DNA from: Phycisphaerae bacterium
Lineage (GTDB): Bacteria; Planctomycetota; Phycisphaerae; WQYP01
NCBI GenBank assembly: GCA_051955985.1
Contig: JBQCGD010000036.1
Coordinates: 4,306 to 68,305, forward strand
Length of the DNA stretch: 64,000 nucleotides
Reading direction: 5' to 3'
A program made the translations under genes and the position numbers. Under the pieces are notes generated by a model, which saw only the letters and a list, made by a program, of their open reading frames with translations, searched no databases and was not told where the DNA came from. This document shows, piece by piece, positions 1 to 9,717 of the stretch (position 1 is the first letter of the stretch; every line of letters starts with the position of its first letter).

Positions 1-1
1 C

Positions 2-505
2 GACTACACGCCGAACCTGGTGCTGGACGTGTATGGTTCCACCGCGGACGCGCAGGCGAACACGAACCTGCTCGGCAGCGTGCTGGTGAACAATGTGACG
101 TTCCACAACGACGGGATCATCGCCTCGGGGCGGAGCTACAATGTGGAAGATGAGCACTATGTGATGTTTGATTTCACGTCGCAGAACATCACCGTGCCGT
201 CAACGATCGTTTTCGCCTACCATGACAACGGCGCGTTGGACAGCAACGGGTCGGTGACCGGCGAGAACGAGCTTTCGGTGGGGCTGACGACCGATCCGGC
301 GACGGTGGGGTCGAACCCGACGAACTATTTCATCACGTATCCCAATTCGGCGGCGACGGATGTGCTGACGATCCAGACGTTCGCCAACATCAAGGCGGAG
401 GTGACGGTGGTCCCGTTGCCGGCGTCGTTGTGGTCGGGGCTGGCGCTGCTGGCGGGTATTGCGCTGGTGGGCGGGGCGAAGCAGTTGCGCCGGGTGCCGG
501 CGTAA
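2..505 (+). CDS. Secreted protein with VPLPA-CTERM (PEP-CTERM-type) sorting tail; 5'-truncated by the window edge
   Basis: Frame is open from position 2. C-terminus VVPLPASLWSGLALLAGIALVGGAKQLRRVPA is a VPLPA motif, a TM helix and a basic tail. Confidence 0.85.
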   Translation, partial: DYTPNLVLDVYGSTADAQANTNLLGSVLVNNVTFHNDGIIASGRSYNVEDEHYVMFDFTSQNITVPSTIVFAYHDNGALDSNGSVTGENELSVGLTTDPATVGSNPTNYFITYPNSAATDVLTIQTFANIKAEVTVVPLPASLWSGLALLAGIALVGGAKQLRRVPA

Positions 506-532
506 GGGACGGGGATTCTTCTGGATTGTGTG

Positions 533-570
533 ATTGCCCGGCGTCTTTTGTGGCGCCGGGCAATTTTTTT
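533..570 (+). terminator. Intrinsic terminator
   Basis: ATTGCCCGGCGTC-loop-GGCGCCGGGCAAT followed by a T-run, just after the stop codon. Confidence 0.85.
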
Positions 571-774
571 GTTTGGGGTTGGGGGCGTTCAGGAGGTCGG
601 GGGTGCAACGTGTTGTGTGCACGGTCCGCGACGAAGCAAGCGGTGGGCGGGGTCCGCGTGTTGTGCGGGACATTGTTCAGGTGACGATCAATGACGGTGA
701 AGCGCTGCGGCTGGGGTGCGGGGAGGCGGGGCGATATTGAAGCAGGGGGCGCTAGAATGGGGTGGAGGTGTTTT

Positions 775-1194
775 ATGGCGACGCGGATTCGGCAGTTGTC
801 GGAGGAAGAGGTGGGGCGGTTGGGGACGGATGTGTTTCAGATGTTTCCGGTGTCGAAGACGTTTGGGGCGGTGTTTATGGCGGAGACGGAAGGGGAGGTG
901 TCGGGCGGGGCGGCGGTGAGCTATGTGGGGTCGGAGGCGGAGAAGGGGGTGCTGCATATTGATCATTTTGTGGTGATGCCGGCGTTTCGGGGGCATGGGC
1001 TGGGGGGGCGGTTGATGAAGGTGATCCTGGACCACGCGAAGGCGCTGTCGATACGGACGGTGCGGGCGGACATTCCGGGGTGGTGTCCGGAGTGGCGGGC
1101 GTTTTATGCGCGGTTCGGGTTTGTGTTCATGGACCCGACGACGGCGAATTCGACGGCGGACGAGACGCCGGTGGAGTTGCGGCTGGACGCGTGA
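775..1194 (+). CDS. GNAT family N-acetyltransferase
   Basis: Acetyl-CoA motif A (VMPAFRGHGLGGRLM) and FYARFGF; GGAGGTG SD before ATG 775. Confidence 0.85.
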   Translation: MATRIRQLSEEEVGRLGTDVFQMFPVSKTFGAVFMAETEGEVSGGAAVSYVGSEAEKGVLHIDHFVVMPAFRGHGLGGRLMKVILDHAKALSIRTVRADIPGWCPEWRAFYARFGFVFMDPTTANSTADETPVELRLDA

Positions 1195-1300
1195 ATGTCA
1201 GCCTTTCGTACAAGGCCAAAGTTAAAAATCATCCTTCGGGAAGTTGCAAGGCGGGCGATGTGCGCTGATCATCGTGGCCTCTCTTTATGAAGGAGTGGCC

Positions 1301-2470
1301 ATGGCCAAGTACGCGCCGACGAAGAATGAGAAGTTTACGTTTGGGTTGTGGACCGTGGGGAACATCGGGCGGGATCCGTTCGGCGGGCCGGTGCGGGAGC
1401 AGTTGTCGCCGATGGAGATCTGCGATCTGCTGGGCGATGTGGGCGGGGTGTATGGAGTGAACTTTCATGACAACGACCTCGTGCCGATCGATGCGTCGCC
1501 GGCGAAGAAGGCGCAGATTGTGAAGGATTTCAAGAAGGCGCTGAAGGACAATGGCCTGCAGGTGCCGATGGCGACGACGAATCTTTTCGGCGATCCGATT
1601 TTCAAGGACGGGGCGTTCACATCGGGCGATGCGAAGGTGCGGGCGTATGCGATCCAGAAGACGATGGCGGCGATGGATTTGGGGGCGGAGTTCGGGGCGC
1701 AGACGTATGTGTTCTGGGGCGGTCGCGAGGGGGCGGAATCGGATGCGGGGAAGGACCCGGTCGATGGGATGAAGCGGTTCCGCGAGGCGCTCAATTTCCT
1801 GTGCGAATACAACATGCACATGAATTACGGGTACAAGTTTGCGCTGGAGGCGAAGCCGAACGAGCCACGGGGGCATATTTACCTGGCGACGACGGGGAAT
1901 TGCCTGGGGTTCATTGAGACGCTGGATTATCCGGAGATGGTGGGGGTGAATCCGGAGGTGGCGCACGAGGCGATCGCGGGGTTGAATTTTACGCATCACG
2001 TGGCGCAGGCGCTGGATGCGGGGAAGCTGTTTCATATTGATTTGAACGACCAGGTGCCGGGGCGGTATGACCAGGATTTCCGTTTTGGTGCGGCGGACAT
2101 CAAGCAGGCGTTTTTCCTGGTGAAGCTGCTGACGGACCATGGGTACAACGGGTCGCTGCATTTTGATGCGCATGCGTACCGGACGGAGGATTATGACGGG
2201 GTGAAGGAGTTCGCGCGGGGCTGCATCCGGACGTACATGATCTTGAAGGAGAAGGCGGCGCAGTGGAACAAGGATCGGGAGATCCAGTCGCTGCGGAAGG
2301 AGATTAATGTGGGGGATGCGGGGCTGGAGAAGATCACCAGCGGGTTTTCGGAAGGCGGGATGAACCAGTTGAAGAAGATGAAGTTTGACCGGAAGAAGCT
2401 GGGGGCGAAGGGGCTGCCGTACGAGCGGCTGGATCAGTTGACGATGGAGATCCTGATGGGCGTGCGGTGA
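1301..2470 (+). CDS. xylA: Xylose isomerase (short, class I type)
   Basis: [49 protein letters not shown] and FDAH motifs; AAGGAG SD. Confidence 0.96.
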   Translation: MAKYAPTKNEKFTFGLWTVGNIGRDPFGGPVREQLSPMEICDLLGDVGGVYGVNFHDNDLVPIDASPAKKAQIVKDFKKALKDNGLQVPMATTNLFGDPIFKDGAFTSGDAKVRAYAIQKTMAAMDLGAEFGAQTYVFWGGREGAESDAGKDPVDGMKRFREALNFLCEYNMHMNYGYKFALEAKPNEPRGHIYLATTGNCLGFIETLDYPEMVGVNPEVAHEAIAGLNFTHHVAQALDAGKLFHIDLNDQVPGRYDQDFRFGAADIKQAFFLVKLLTDHGYNGSLHFDAHAYRTEDYDGVKEFARGCIRTYMILKEKAAQWNKDREIQSLRKEINVGDAGLEKITSGFSEGGMNQLKKMKFDRKKLGAKGLPYERLDQLTMEILMGVR

Positions 2471-2557
2471 AGGGCGCGCGAAACGCAAAACTTAAAACGC
2501 AAAACCTTGGTTGGAGGGCGGGGGTGTTGTGGGCACGTGTTTTTGATCAGGTGAACT

Positions 2558-4348
2558 GTGATGAAGTCGCTTCTGGTGTTGTTGATCACGTCGATGGGGG
2601 CGGGGCTGATGGCGGGGTGTGCGACGACGAGGCATGAAGCGCAGGGGACGGAGGGATCAACAGGGGCGGTGTATTCGCCGGACCTGGGGAATGGGAAATA
2701 CAAGAACCCGATCATTTTTGCTGATTATTCGGATCCGGATGTCATTCGCGTCGGCAGTGATTTTTATCTGACCGCATCGTCGTTCACGTGTTTTCCCGGG
2801 CTGCCGATTCTGCATTCGAAGGACCTGGTGAACTGGACGATCATCGGGCATGCGATCACGAAGTACCCGCTCAAGGGGTTTGAGATGCATGTGAATGGGG
2901 ACGGGGTGTGGGCGCCGGCGATCCGGTATCACAACGGCGAGTTCTACATTTATTTTGCGGATCCGGACAATGGCGTGTTCATGACGAAGACGCGCGATCC
3001 GGGCGGGACGTGGGCGCCGCTGGTGCAGGTGCATGCGGGCGGGAAGGGGTGGATTGATACGTGTCCGTTCTGGGATGACGACGGACAAGCGTATTTGATC
3101 CATGCGTTTGCGGGGTCGCGGTCGGGCGGGTTGAAGAACATCCTGCACATTTGCCGGATGTCGGCGGACGGGACGCACACGCTGGACGAGGGGCGGCTGG
3201 TGCTCGACGGCGAGAAGTTCAAGTTTTCGACGATCGAGGGGCCGAAGCTTTATAAGCGGGAGGGGTGGTATTACATCTTTTGTCCGGGCGGTGGGGTGTC
3301 GACGGGGTACCAGGTGGTGGCGCGGTCGCGGAATATTTTCGGGCCGTACGAGGCGCGGATTGTGATGAAGCAGGGGAAGACGCCGGTGAACGGGCCGCAC
3401 CAGGGGGCCTGGGTGACGACTTCAGACGGGGCGAACGCGCAGGATTGGTTTGTGCATTTTCAGGATGACGGGGGGTTCGGGCGGATCACGCATCTGCAGC
3501 CGATGGCGTGGCACGATGGGTGGCCGGTGATTGGGCGGCCGCTGGCGGATGATCCGACATGCGGGCAGCCGGTGATGGAGTGGAAGAAGCCGGAGGTGGG
3601 GCGGGAGTATCCGGTGGCGGTGCCGCAGACGTCGGATGAATTCGACGGGGCGGAGATGGGGCCGCAGTGGCAGTGGTTTGGGAATTATGCGGACGACTGG
3701 GCGGCGGTGGAGGGGGGGCATTTGAAATTGCGGGCGGTGTCGGTGTTCAGCAGCCCCGTAACGCTCTTCCAGCGGGCGAACCTGCTGACGCAGAAGACGC
3801 CGGCGGATCGGTTCACGGTGACGACGCGGCTGGATGCATCGCACCTGGGGTCGGGGGATTCGACGGGATTGCTGCTCACGGGGCTGGGGACGGCGGCGCT
3901 GCAGGTGGAGAATCGCGGGGGCGCGTTGCGGGTGGTGCGCACGACGGCACAGCCGCCGAAGAAACCGAAGTCGCCCAAGGCGGCCGCCCCCCAGCCGGCG
4001 TTGACGCAGCCGGGGACGAAGGCGGCGGAGTCGACGGTGAATCCGAAATTTTCGATTCCGCCGGAGCCGGATGTTGAGGAAGCGTCGCGTTCGCTTTCCG
4101 GGCCGGTGGTGTATTTGCGGCTGCAGGTGCATCCGTCCGGGCCTCCGGGCGACTCGCGGAAGTTGCCGAAGGCCGTGGCGGAGACGAGCTTTTCCACCGA
4201 TGGCGAGCACTTCACGAAGCTCGGCAAGGCCTTCGCCGTGGCCCAGAACGGATGGATCGGCGCGAAGCTGGGGTTGTTCTGCAACGCCCCTGCGGAAAGC
4301 GATTCGCGCGGCTTCGCGGACTTCGACTATTTCCGATTCAGCCGCTGA
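2558..4348 (+). CDS. GH43 beta-xylosidase/arabinofuranosidase lipoprotein with C-terminal GH43_C-type beta-sandwich
   Basis: Lipobox LMAGC; DYSDPDVIRVG, HSKDLVNW, WAPAI, IEGP and GPHQG motifs; C-terminal ADFDYFR. Confidence 0.92.
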   Translation: MMKSLLVLLITSMGAGLMAGCATTRHEAQGTEGSTGAVYSPDLGNGKYKNPIIFADYSDPDVIRVGSDFYLTASSFTCFPGLPILHSKDLVNWTIIGHAITKYPLKGFEMHVNGDGVWAPAIRYHNGEFYIYFADPDNGVFMTKTRDPGGTWAPLVQVHAGGKGWIDTCPFWDDDGQAYLIHAFAGSRSGGLKNILHICRMSADGTHTLDEGRLVLDGEKFKFSTIEGPKLYKREGWYYIFCPGGGVSTGYQVVARSRNIFGPYEARIVMKQGKTPVNGPHQGAWVTTSDGANAQDWFVHFQDDGGFGRITHLQPMAWHDGWPVIGRPLADDPTCGQPVMEWKKPEVGREYPVAVPQTSDEFDGAEMGPQWQWFGNYADDWAAVEGGHLKLRAVSVFSSPVTLFQRANLLTQKTPADRFTVTTRLDASHLGSGDSTGLLLTGLGTAALQVENRGGALRVVRTTAQPPKKPKSPKAAAPQPALTQPGTKAAESTVNPKFSIPPEPDVEEASRSLSGPVVYLRLQVHPSGPPGDSRKLPKAVAETSFSTDGEHFTKLGKAFAVAQNGWIGAKLGLFCNAPAESDSRGFADFDYFRFSR

Positions 4349-4451
4349 ACCGGCTCCCTTCGGATAAGGTTGCATTGTCCCTGCGCGGTTTTCTTTCGAA
4401 CCTGCGCGCCGCCGCGTCGTATCACCAGCAGATGACGCGGCGAACGGGAGA

Positions 4452-5729
4452 ATGCACATGACGCTCGATCCTGCCTTCGGCGAAAACCCTGCTGAGACCC
4501 CGCCCTCCCTACCGCCCGGGCCGCCGCTTCCGCAGCAGCCGTCCCCGCAGAAACCCAACCCGCTCCGCTTGCTGATTCCGCACAACCCAACGTTTCTTCT
4601 CTCCGCCACGTTCATGTTCCTGGGGTGTTACCTGATCAACTCGGTGCTGGATGTACGCACCGGGGACACGGGCAAGCTTGTTGCGCTGCTCGCCACGATC
4701 AACGTGTACGAGGTGCTGCTGCTGGTGCTGGGCATCACGCTGCTCCGGCGGGCGTCGTTTCATCGCGACGGCACGCTGCTGCTGTTGATCCAGATGGTGT
4801 TTCTGACGGATGCTCCGTTCCTGCTGGCACAATCGGCGATGGCGAGCGCGCACTGGCTCTCGATCTTCAACGTGGTGCTGCTGGCCGCCGCCACCGCCAA
4901 GTGCATTCTCTCGCTGCGCGGGCTGAGGATTACGCTGCATCCACGAACGCTGGGATTCCTGCTGCTGCAGCTCACGCTGATTTACTGCGCGCTGCCGTTG
5001 TATCTGTCGCATGTGGCTGTGGACGGGATCATCCATGCGGACCCGATGTACGGCGCGTGGTGGATCGTCGGCCTGATGCCGCTGGCGTACGACCTGCTCG
5101 CGCGGCTCATGCCGTTGACGGCGGATGCCTCGCCGCAGCAGAAATTTCTCCGCGGGGCGTACGTGGTCATCCCGTGGCTGTTCGTGATCGCCCACCTCGC
5201 GTTTTTCCAGTATGCGTACCGCTCGCCGTTTACCGTGGCCGATCTTTCGCCCGCCTTCCTCGGCCTCGCCATTGCGACCGTGCGTCTGCGGCCCGCAACT
5301 CCGACGGCACGCAGCAACATTCTCGCACTGCGGATCGTGTTCATCACGGTGGCCCTCTGCTTCGCGCTGGCGGCGGATCTTTCCTCTGCGGAAACGCCGC
5401 GCCTGCTGGCAGTGTCGCCGCAGCTCGCCACGCTCGTCGCGGCGATGGTCACGGTCGCCTACTGCATCCACCTTCATTTCGCTGTGTATGTTGCCTGCTG
5501 CATCGCGCTCGTCGGTCTCGCCCGCCGCTTCGGACCCTCACCGGCCACGGTTGCGGACCAGCTCTCCGCGTTTTTCAGCACGCTCTACAATCTCTGCACG
5601 CGGCTCATTCCGCACACGGCGACGACGTGGGGAATCCTCTCGATTACGGCGGCGTTCGGGCTCCTCGGCATCGGGGCGTACCGGTCGTTGCGGCGCACGG
5701 AAAGACCCGGGACGCATGCCCAGGCATGA
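4452..5729 (+). CDS. Polytopic membrane protein of unknown function
   Basis: About 11 hydrophobic segments, a Pro-rich N-terminus and an HNPTFLLSA motif. Confidence 0.75.
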   Translation: MHMTLDPAFGENPAETPPSLPPGPPLPQQPSPQKPNPLRLLIPHNPTFLLSATFMFLGCYLINSVLDVRTGDTGKLVALLATINVYEVLLLVLGITLLRRASFHRDGTLLLLIQMVFLTDAPFLLAQSAMASAHWLSIFNVVLLAAATAKCILSLRGLRITLHPRTLGFLLLQLTLIYCALPLYLSHVAVDGIIHADPMYGAWWIVGLMPLAYDLLARLMPLTADASPQQKFLRGAYVVIPWLFVIAHLAFFQYAYRSPFTVADLSPAFLGLAIATVRLRPATPTARSNILALRIVFITVALCFALAADLSSAETPRLLAVSPQLATLVAAMVTVAYCIHLHFAVYVACCIALVGLARRFGPSPATVADQLSAFFSTLYNLCTRLIPHTATTWGILSITAAFGLLGIGAYRSLRRTERPGTHAQA

Positions 5730-5747
5730 GATGCACCGTGGGAAGAC

Positions 5748-6272
5748 TCATGCGGATTCGGATCGGGTTCGAAAGAGCAGCCAGGATGCGATCGCAAACA
5801 CCACGGCAGAGAGTGCGATGAAGACAATTGCGGGGATGATTCCCTCCTTATCCGGCCCCGCTCCGGTCGCTGCGACGATACCGAATCCTATGAGGCCCAA
5901 CGCGAGGAGCAATTGGATCAGCGTCAGGACAAGGGCCGTGATCGTTGCGGCACGCGAACGACGCCGCACCTTGAGCGCGCAGACGATCTCGGTGCTTCCA
6001 ATCCCCACGGGGAGCACGACATAAACAAGAGCGACGACCGTGACGACCAGGCCCCAGTTCGGGGCGGCCGCACCGGGGCGAGGCGGGCCGGCTCTCGGTA
6101 TAAAGAGCGCGAACATCGCCGCGGTGGACGCGCCCATGCAAATGCCGCCGAGATCGGTGAGGATCCCGAGCACAAAAAGCATGATCCATGCCGCGGTCCG
6201 AGTGCGGGAATTCGGCAATATCCTACTGCTGTCGTACGTCAGGGGGGGCGGTGTGGCTTCCGTCATGTCCAT
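5748..6272 (-). CDS. Four-TM hypothetical membrane protein
   Basis: Four hydrophobic helices; GGAG just upstream of the start. Confidence 0.7.
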   Translation of the reverse strand: MDMTEATPPPLTYDSSRILPNSRTRTAAWIMLFVLGILTDLGGICMGASTAAMFALFIPRAGPPRPGAAAPNWGLVVTVVALVYVVLPVGIGSTEIVCALKVRRRSRAATITALVLTLIQLLLALGLIGFGIVAATGAGPDKEGIIPAIVFIALSAVVFAIASWLLFRTRSESA

Positions 6273-6382
6273 CTCCCAATACTGTTGTCGAGCTGATTTT
6301 ACCGCGGGCGCCGGCCGGTGTGGACGGAATTGCGGAAGGCTGCGGCTTTACATCCCCGCCTCCGGCCGCGATATTCAATCGC

Positions 6383-7075
6383 ATGAACAGTACGCGCTCC
6401 CAACATCCGCCGCAGTTTTTCATCTCCCTTTACGGCTGGACCTACTGGTTCCCGCTGCTCCTGGCGGGGATTTTCATCGTCACGCTCTTTGTGATTCTGC
6501 AGATCTGGTGGCTGGTCGCGGTGTTCGCCATCCTCACCTTCGCCTGCATCGCCTTCTATCGTGACTTCAACCGGCCCATCCCGAAAGAGCAGAACATCAT
6601 GGTCGCGCCCGCCGACGGGAAGCTGACCGAGATTACGCGGCTCGATCATTATGACCCGTTCAACGGGCCGGCGCTCAAGCTGTCGATCTTCCTCTCCGTG
6701 CTGGATGTCCACGTGAACCGGTCGCCGTGCGATGGGACGGTGCTCTGGACGCGCTACGAGGAAGGCCTATTCCTCGACGCCCGCCATCCCGATTGCACCA
6801 ACAAGAACCAGTCGAACACGATCGCCCTCGGCGCTCCGGGTGCCGCACTCGAGGCCACGCCCGTCGTGGTGGTGAAGCAGATCGTCGGCGCCATCGCCCG
6901 CCGCATCATCGCGCCGGTCACGCCGGGCGAAACGCTCACCCGCGGCCAGCGCTTCGGCATGATCGCCTTCGGCTCGCGCACCGAGCTCTACGTTCCCGCC
7001 GCCGACAACTGGCAGCCCGCCGTGCCCCTGAACACGCACGTCAAAGGTGGCAAGGACGTCATCCTGAAAAAGTAG
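6383..7075 (+). CDS. psd: Phosphatidylserine decarboxylase proenzyme
   Basis: FYRD, APADGK, SIFLSVLDVHVNRSP and the FGSR self-cleavage motif. Confidence 0.92.
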   Translation: MNSTRSQHPPQFFISLYGWTYWFPLLLAGIFIVTLFVILQIWWLVAVFAILTFACIAFYRDFNRPIPKEQNIMVAPADGKLTEITRLDHYDPFNGPALKLSIFLSVLDVHVNRSPCDGTVLWTRYEEGLFLDARHPDCTNKNQSNTIALGAPGAALEATPVVVVKQIVGAIARRIIAPVTPGETLTRGQRFGMIAFGSRTELYVPAADNWQPAVPLNTHVKGGKDVILKK

Positions 7076-7143
7076 ATGTGCTGCGATCGTTTCCCCCGGG
7101 CATATACTTAGCCGTGCGGCATTCGTTCAAAATGGAGCGCGCG

Positions 7144-7338
7144 ATGACGACGGCCCAGAACCCGGAACAACTGGCACTTCGTGAGAAGTATCTGCTGGCA
7201 TTGCTCGCGGTGACGCAGCCGATTTATGAGGGGGCGAACGATCGAAAGCTCACGCTGGACCTGCTGATCGAGGCGGCGGGGATGCTCAGGTCGCGGCTGG
7301 AGGGGGAGCGGGAGGAATTGCGCATCGAGGATGATTGA
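7144..7338 (+). CDS. Small hypothetical helical protein
   Basis: GGAG SD upstream; 64-aa amphipathic ORF filling the psd-ilvA gap. Confidence 0.6.
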   Translation: MTTAQNPEQLALREKYLLALLAVTQPIYEGANDRKLTLDLLIEAAGMLRSRLEGEREELRIEDD

Positions 7339-7366
7339 CGGGCGGGAGGCCGCGGGCGCAGGCTGT

Positions 7367-8584
7367 TCATTCGCGCACGAGGACGCCGCTGGCGCGCAGG
7401 GCGGCGCGAAGTTCCGCCGCGTGGTCAAAATCCCGCGTCTCCACGACCAGGAACACGCGCACCATTCCGGGGTCCGCCATGCCGAAGTGGTGATCGAGCC
7501 GCACATCCTTCATGCTGCCGCCGGTTTTTGCGATGACTTCAAGCACTTTCGCCAGTGTTCCGGGCCGTTCTGAAATGTCGGCGGTGATGCGCGTCAGCCG
7601 CCCTTCGCTGGCCAGCCCGCGATCGATCACGCGGCCGAGCGTTGTCACGTCGATGTTCCCACCGCAGAGCACGAGCACAATTTTCTTTCCCTCCAGGTCC
7701 TTGAGGCCGAGCTGCTCGCGGTCCATCAGCGCCGCCAGCCCCGCTGCGCCGGCGCCTTCCACCACCATTTTCTCCAGCTCCATCATCTTCAGCACCGCCA
7801 TGGCGATTCCGGTCTCCTCGACCGTCACGACGCGCTCCACCACCCGCTGGGCGATCTCCAGGCAGAGGGCGCCGATCCGGTTCACCCCCAGGCCGTCGGC
7901 CAGCGTCGGCTTCACCTCCACCTCCACCACCTTCCCGGCCGCCATGGCAGCCGATAACTTCGGCGCATGGACCGGCTCGACCCCGATCACCCGCACGCTG
8001 GGCTTGAGCGCCTGCATCACCGTGCCGATCCCCGCGATCATGCCGCCGCCGCCCACGGGGACCATCACGGCCTCGACCGCCGGGACATCCTCGAGGATCT
8101 CCAGCCCCAGGGTTGCCGCCCCCGCCATCACCTCCACATCATCAAACCCCTGGATGTAGGTGAGCCCGCGTTCCTTTCCCAGCCGGTCCGCCTCCGCCCG
8201 CGCGTCCGCCAGGCTTTCGCCATGGAGGATCACCTGCGCGCCGAAGCCCCGGCAATTCTGCACCTTCACCAGCGGCGCAAATTTCGACATCACCACCGTC
8301 ACCGGAATGCCGAGCAGCCCGCCGTGATACGCCACCCCCATGCCGTGGTTGCCCGCGCTTGCGGTAATGACGCCGCGTTTCTTTTCCGGCTCGCCGAGCT
8401 GCATGAGCTTGTAGCGTGCCCCGCGCTCCTTGAAGCTCCCCGTCATCTGCAGGTGATCGAGCTTGCAGTAGACGTCGGCGTTGCAGAGCTTGGAAAGCGC
8501 ACGGGAATAGGGACAGGCCGAGCGGTAAATCGCCCCGCGGATGCGCTCGGCCGCGGCACGGATCATCTCCAGGGTCAACGCCAT
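7367..8584 (-). CDS. ilvA: Threonine ammonia-lyase (PLP) with C-terminal ACT domain
   Basis: QMTGSFKERGA (PLP lysine), ASAGNH, PVGGGG and CGGNID; ACT-like ERPGTL. Confidence 0.92.
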   Translation of the reverse strand: MALTLEMIRAAAERIRGAIYRSACPYSRALSKLCNADVYCKLDHLQMTGSFKERGARYKLMQLGEPEKKRGVITASAGNHGMGVAYHGGLLGIPVTVVMSKFAPLVKVQNCRGFGAQVILHGESLADARAEADRLGKERGLTYIQGFDDVEVMAGAATLGLEILEDVPAVEAVMVPVGGGGMIAGIGTVMQALKPSVRVIGVEPVHAPKLSAAMAAGKVVEVEVKPTLADGLGVNRIGALCLEIAQRVVERVVTVEETGIAMAVLKMMELEKMVVEGAGAAGLAALMDREQLGLKDLEGKKIVLVLCGGNIDVTTLGRVIDRGLASEGRLTRITADISERPGTLAKVLEVIAKTGGSMKDVRLDHHFGMADPGMVRVFLVVETRDFDHAAELRAALRASGVLVRE

Positions 8585-8652
8585 GGGCACGCTCCTTCGG
8601 TAGGGGGGTGCTCCCATCTTACCCGGGCTCGCCGCGTGCGTGTGCAGGAGGG

Positions 8653-9591
8653 TTACCGCCCGAGGGCTGAGCCGATTTCGGATTTCGCCGCCAGCACCGC
8701 GCCCTCGACCGCCTTTTCCCAGTCCATCCCCGCGTATTTGGGATCCTTGTGCGCGAAGATGATCCCGCGCGACGAGTTCACAATCGCGCCGGTCCCATCC
8801 GCCTTGAAGGCCTTGGCCACATCCGCCGCGCTGCCGCCCTGCGCGCCGTACCCCGGCACGAGGAAAATCGTCTGCGGCAGCAGCTCACGCAGCGCCGCCA
8901 TCTGCCCCACGTTGGTCGCCCCCACGACGGCCCCGACGGCCGAATAGCCGCGCTTCCCCACCATCTCCGACCCCCACCGCGACACCAGCTTCCCTACATG
9001 CTGGTACACCGGCGTGCCATCCTGCAGCAGCATGTCCTGGATCTCCGCCGCCCCGGGGTTGCTCGTGCGCACCAGCACGAAGAGCCCCTTGTTGAATTCT
9101 TTGGCCACCTTCAAAAACGGCCCGACCGAATCCGCGCCCATGTAGGGGCTCACCGTCACGGCGTCCGCGCCGACGAGGTCATCCATCGAAGCAAACTGCG
9201 GATCGGCGAGCGACGCCAGCGCGTAGCGTTCCGAAGTGTTCCCGATGTCGCCGCGCTTGGAGTCGTTGATCACCACCAGCCCGTGCGCCGCCGCCTCCTG
9301 CACGACCGCGGAAAACGCCTCCACGCCGTACCAGTAATACTGCTCGAAAAACGCTGAGTTGATCTTCACCGCCGGCACATGCGGCGCGACGACCTTCAGC
9401 ACGCGCGTGCAGAATTCCAGGATCGCATCCACCCCCGCCTCCAGGTCCTCTTCATCATTGAGCTCGCGGTGCTGCGTGATCGCGGCCGGCAGATTTTCGT
9501 AGACCGGATCGAGCCCCACCACCAGCGGCGTCTTTTTTTCGTCGATCGCCGCGAGCAACCGATCCGCAAAATTGTCTTCGACCACGTGCAA
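8653..9591 (-). CDS. pyrF: Orotidine-5'-phosphate decarboxylase (type 2)
   Basis: VGLDP, DSKRGDIGNT, RTSNPG, VVGAT, LVPGYGAQGG and NSSRGI motifs. Confidence 0.96.
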   Translation of the reverse strand: MHVVEDNFADRLLAAIDEKKTPLVVGLDPVYENLPAAITQHRELNDEEDLEAGVDAILEFCTRVLKVVAPHVPAVKINSAFFEQYYWYGVEAFSAVVQEAAAHGLVVINDSKRGDIGNTSERYALASLADPQFASMDDLVGADAVTVSPYMGADSVGPFLKVAKEFNKGLFVLVRTSNPGAAEIQDMLLQDGTPVYQHVGKLVSRWGSEMVGKRGYSAVGAVVGATNVGQMAALRELLPQTIFLVPGYGAQGGSAADVAKAFKADGTGAIVNSSRGIIFAHKDPKYAGMDWEKAVEGAVLAAKSEIGSALGR

Positions 9592-9717
9592 CTCCTTCGT
9601 GAATGCCCGAACCGGATTCTACGGGTCATCCACGGGTGCGGCAACGCATCGGATTTTCGTTGCAGGCTCAGCAAATTGGCCGCTACGATACGGCCGATTC
9701 ACGTCGAGGTCGTCTTC

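Noticed and set aside
4349-9717. dif site at the skew transition
   Set aside because: No XerC/XerD-like 28-mer was recognisable in the intergenic gaps.
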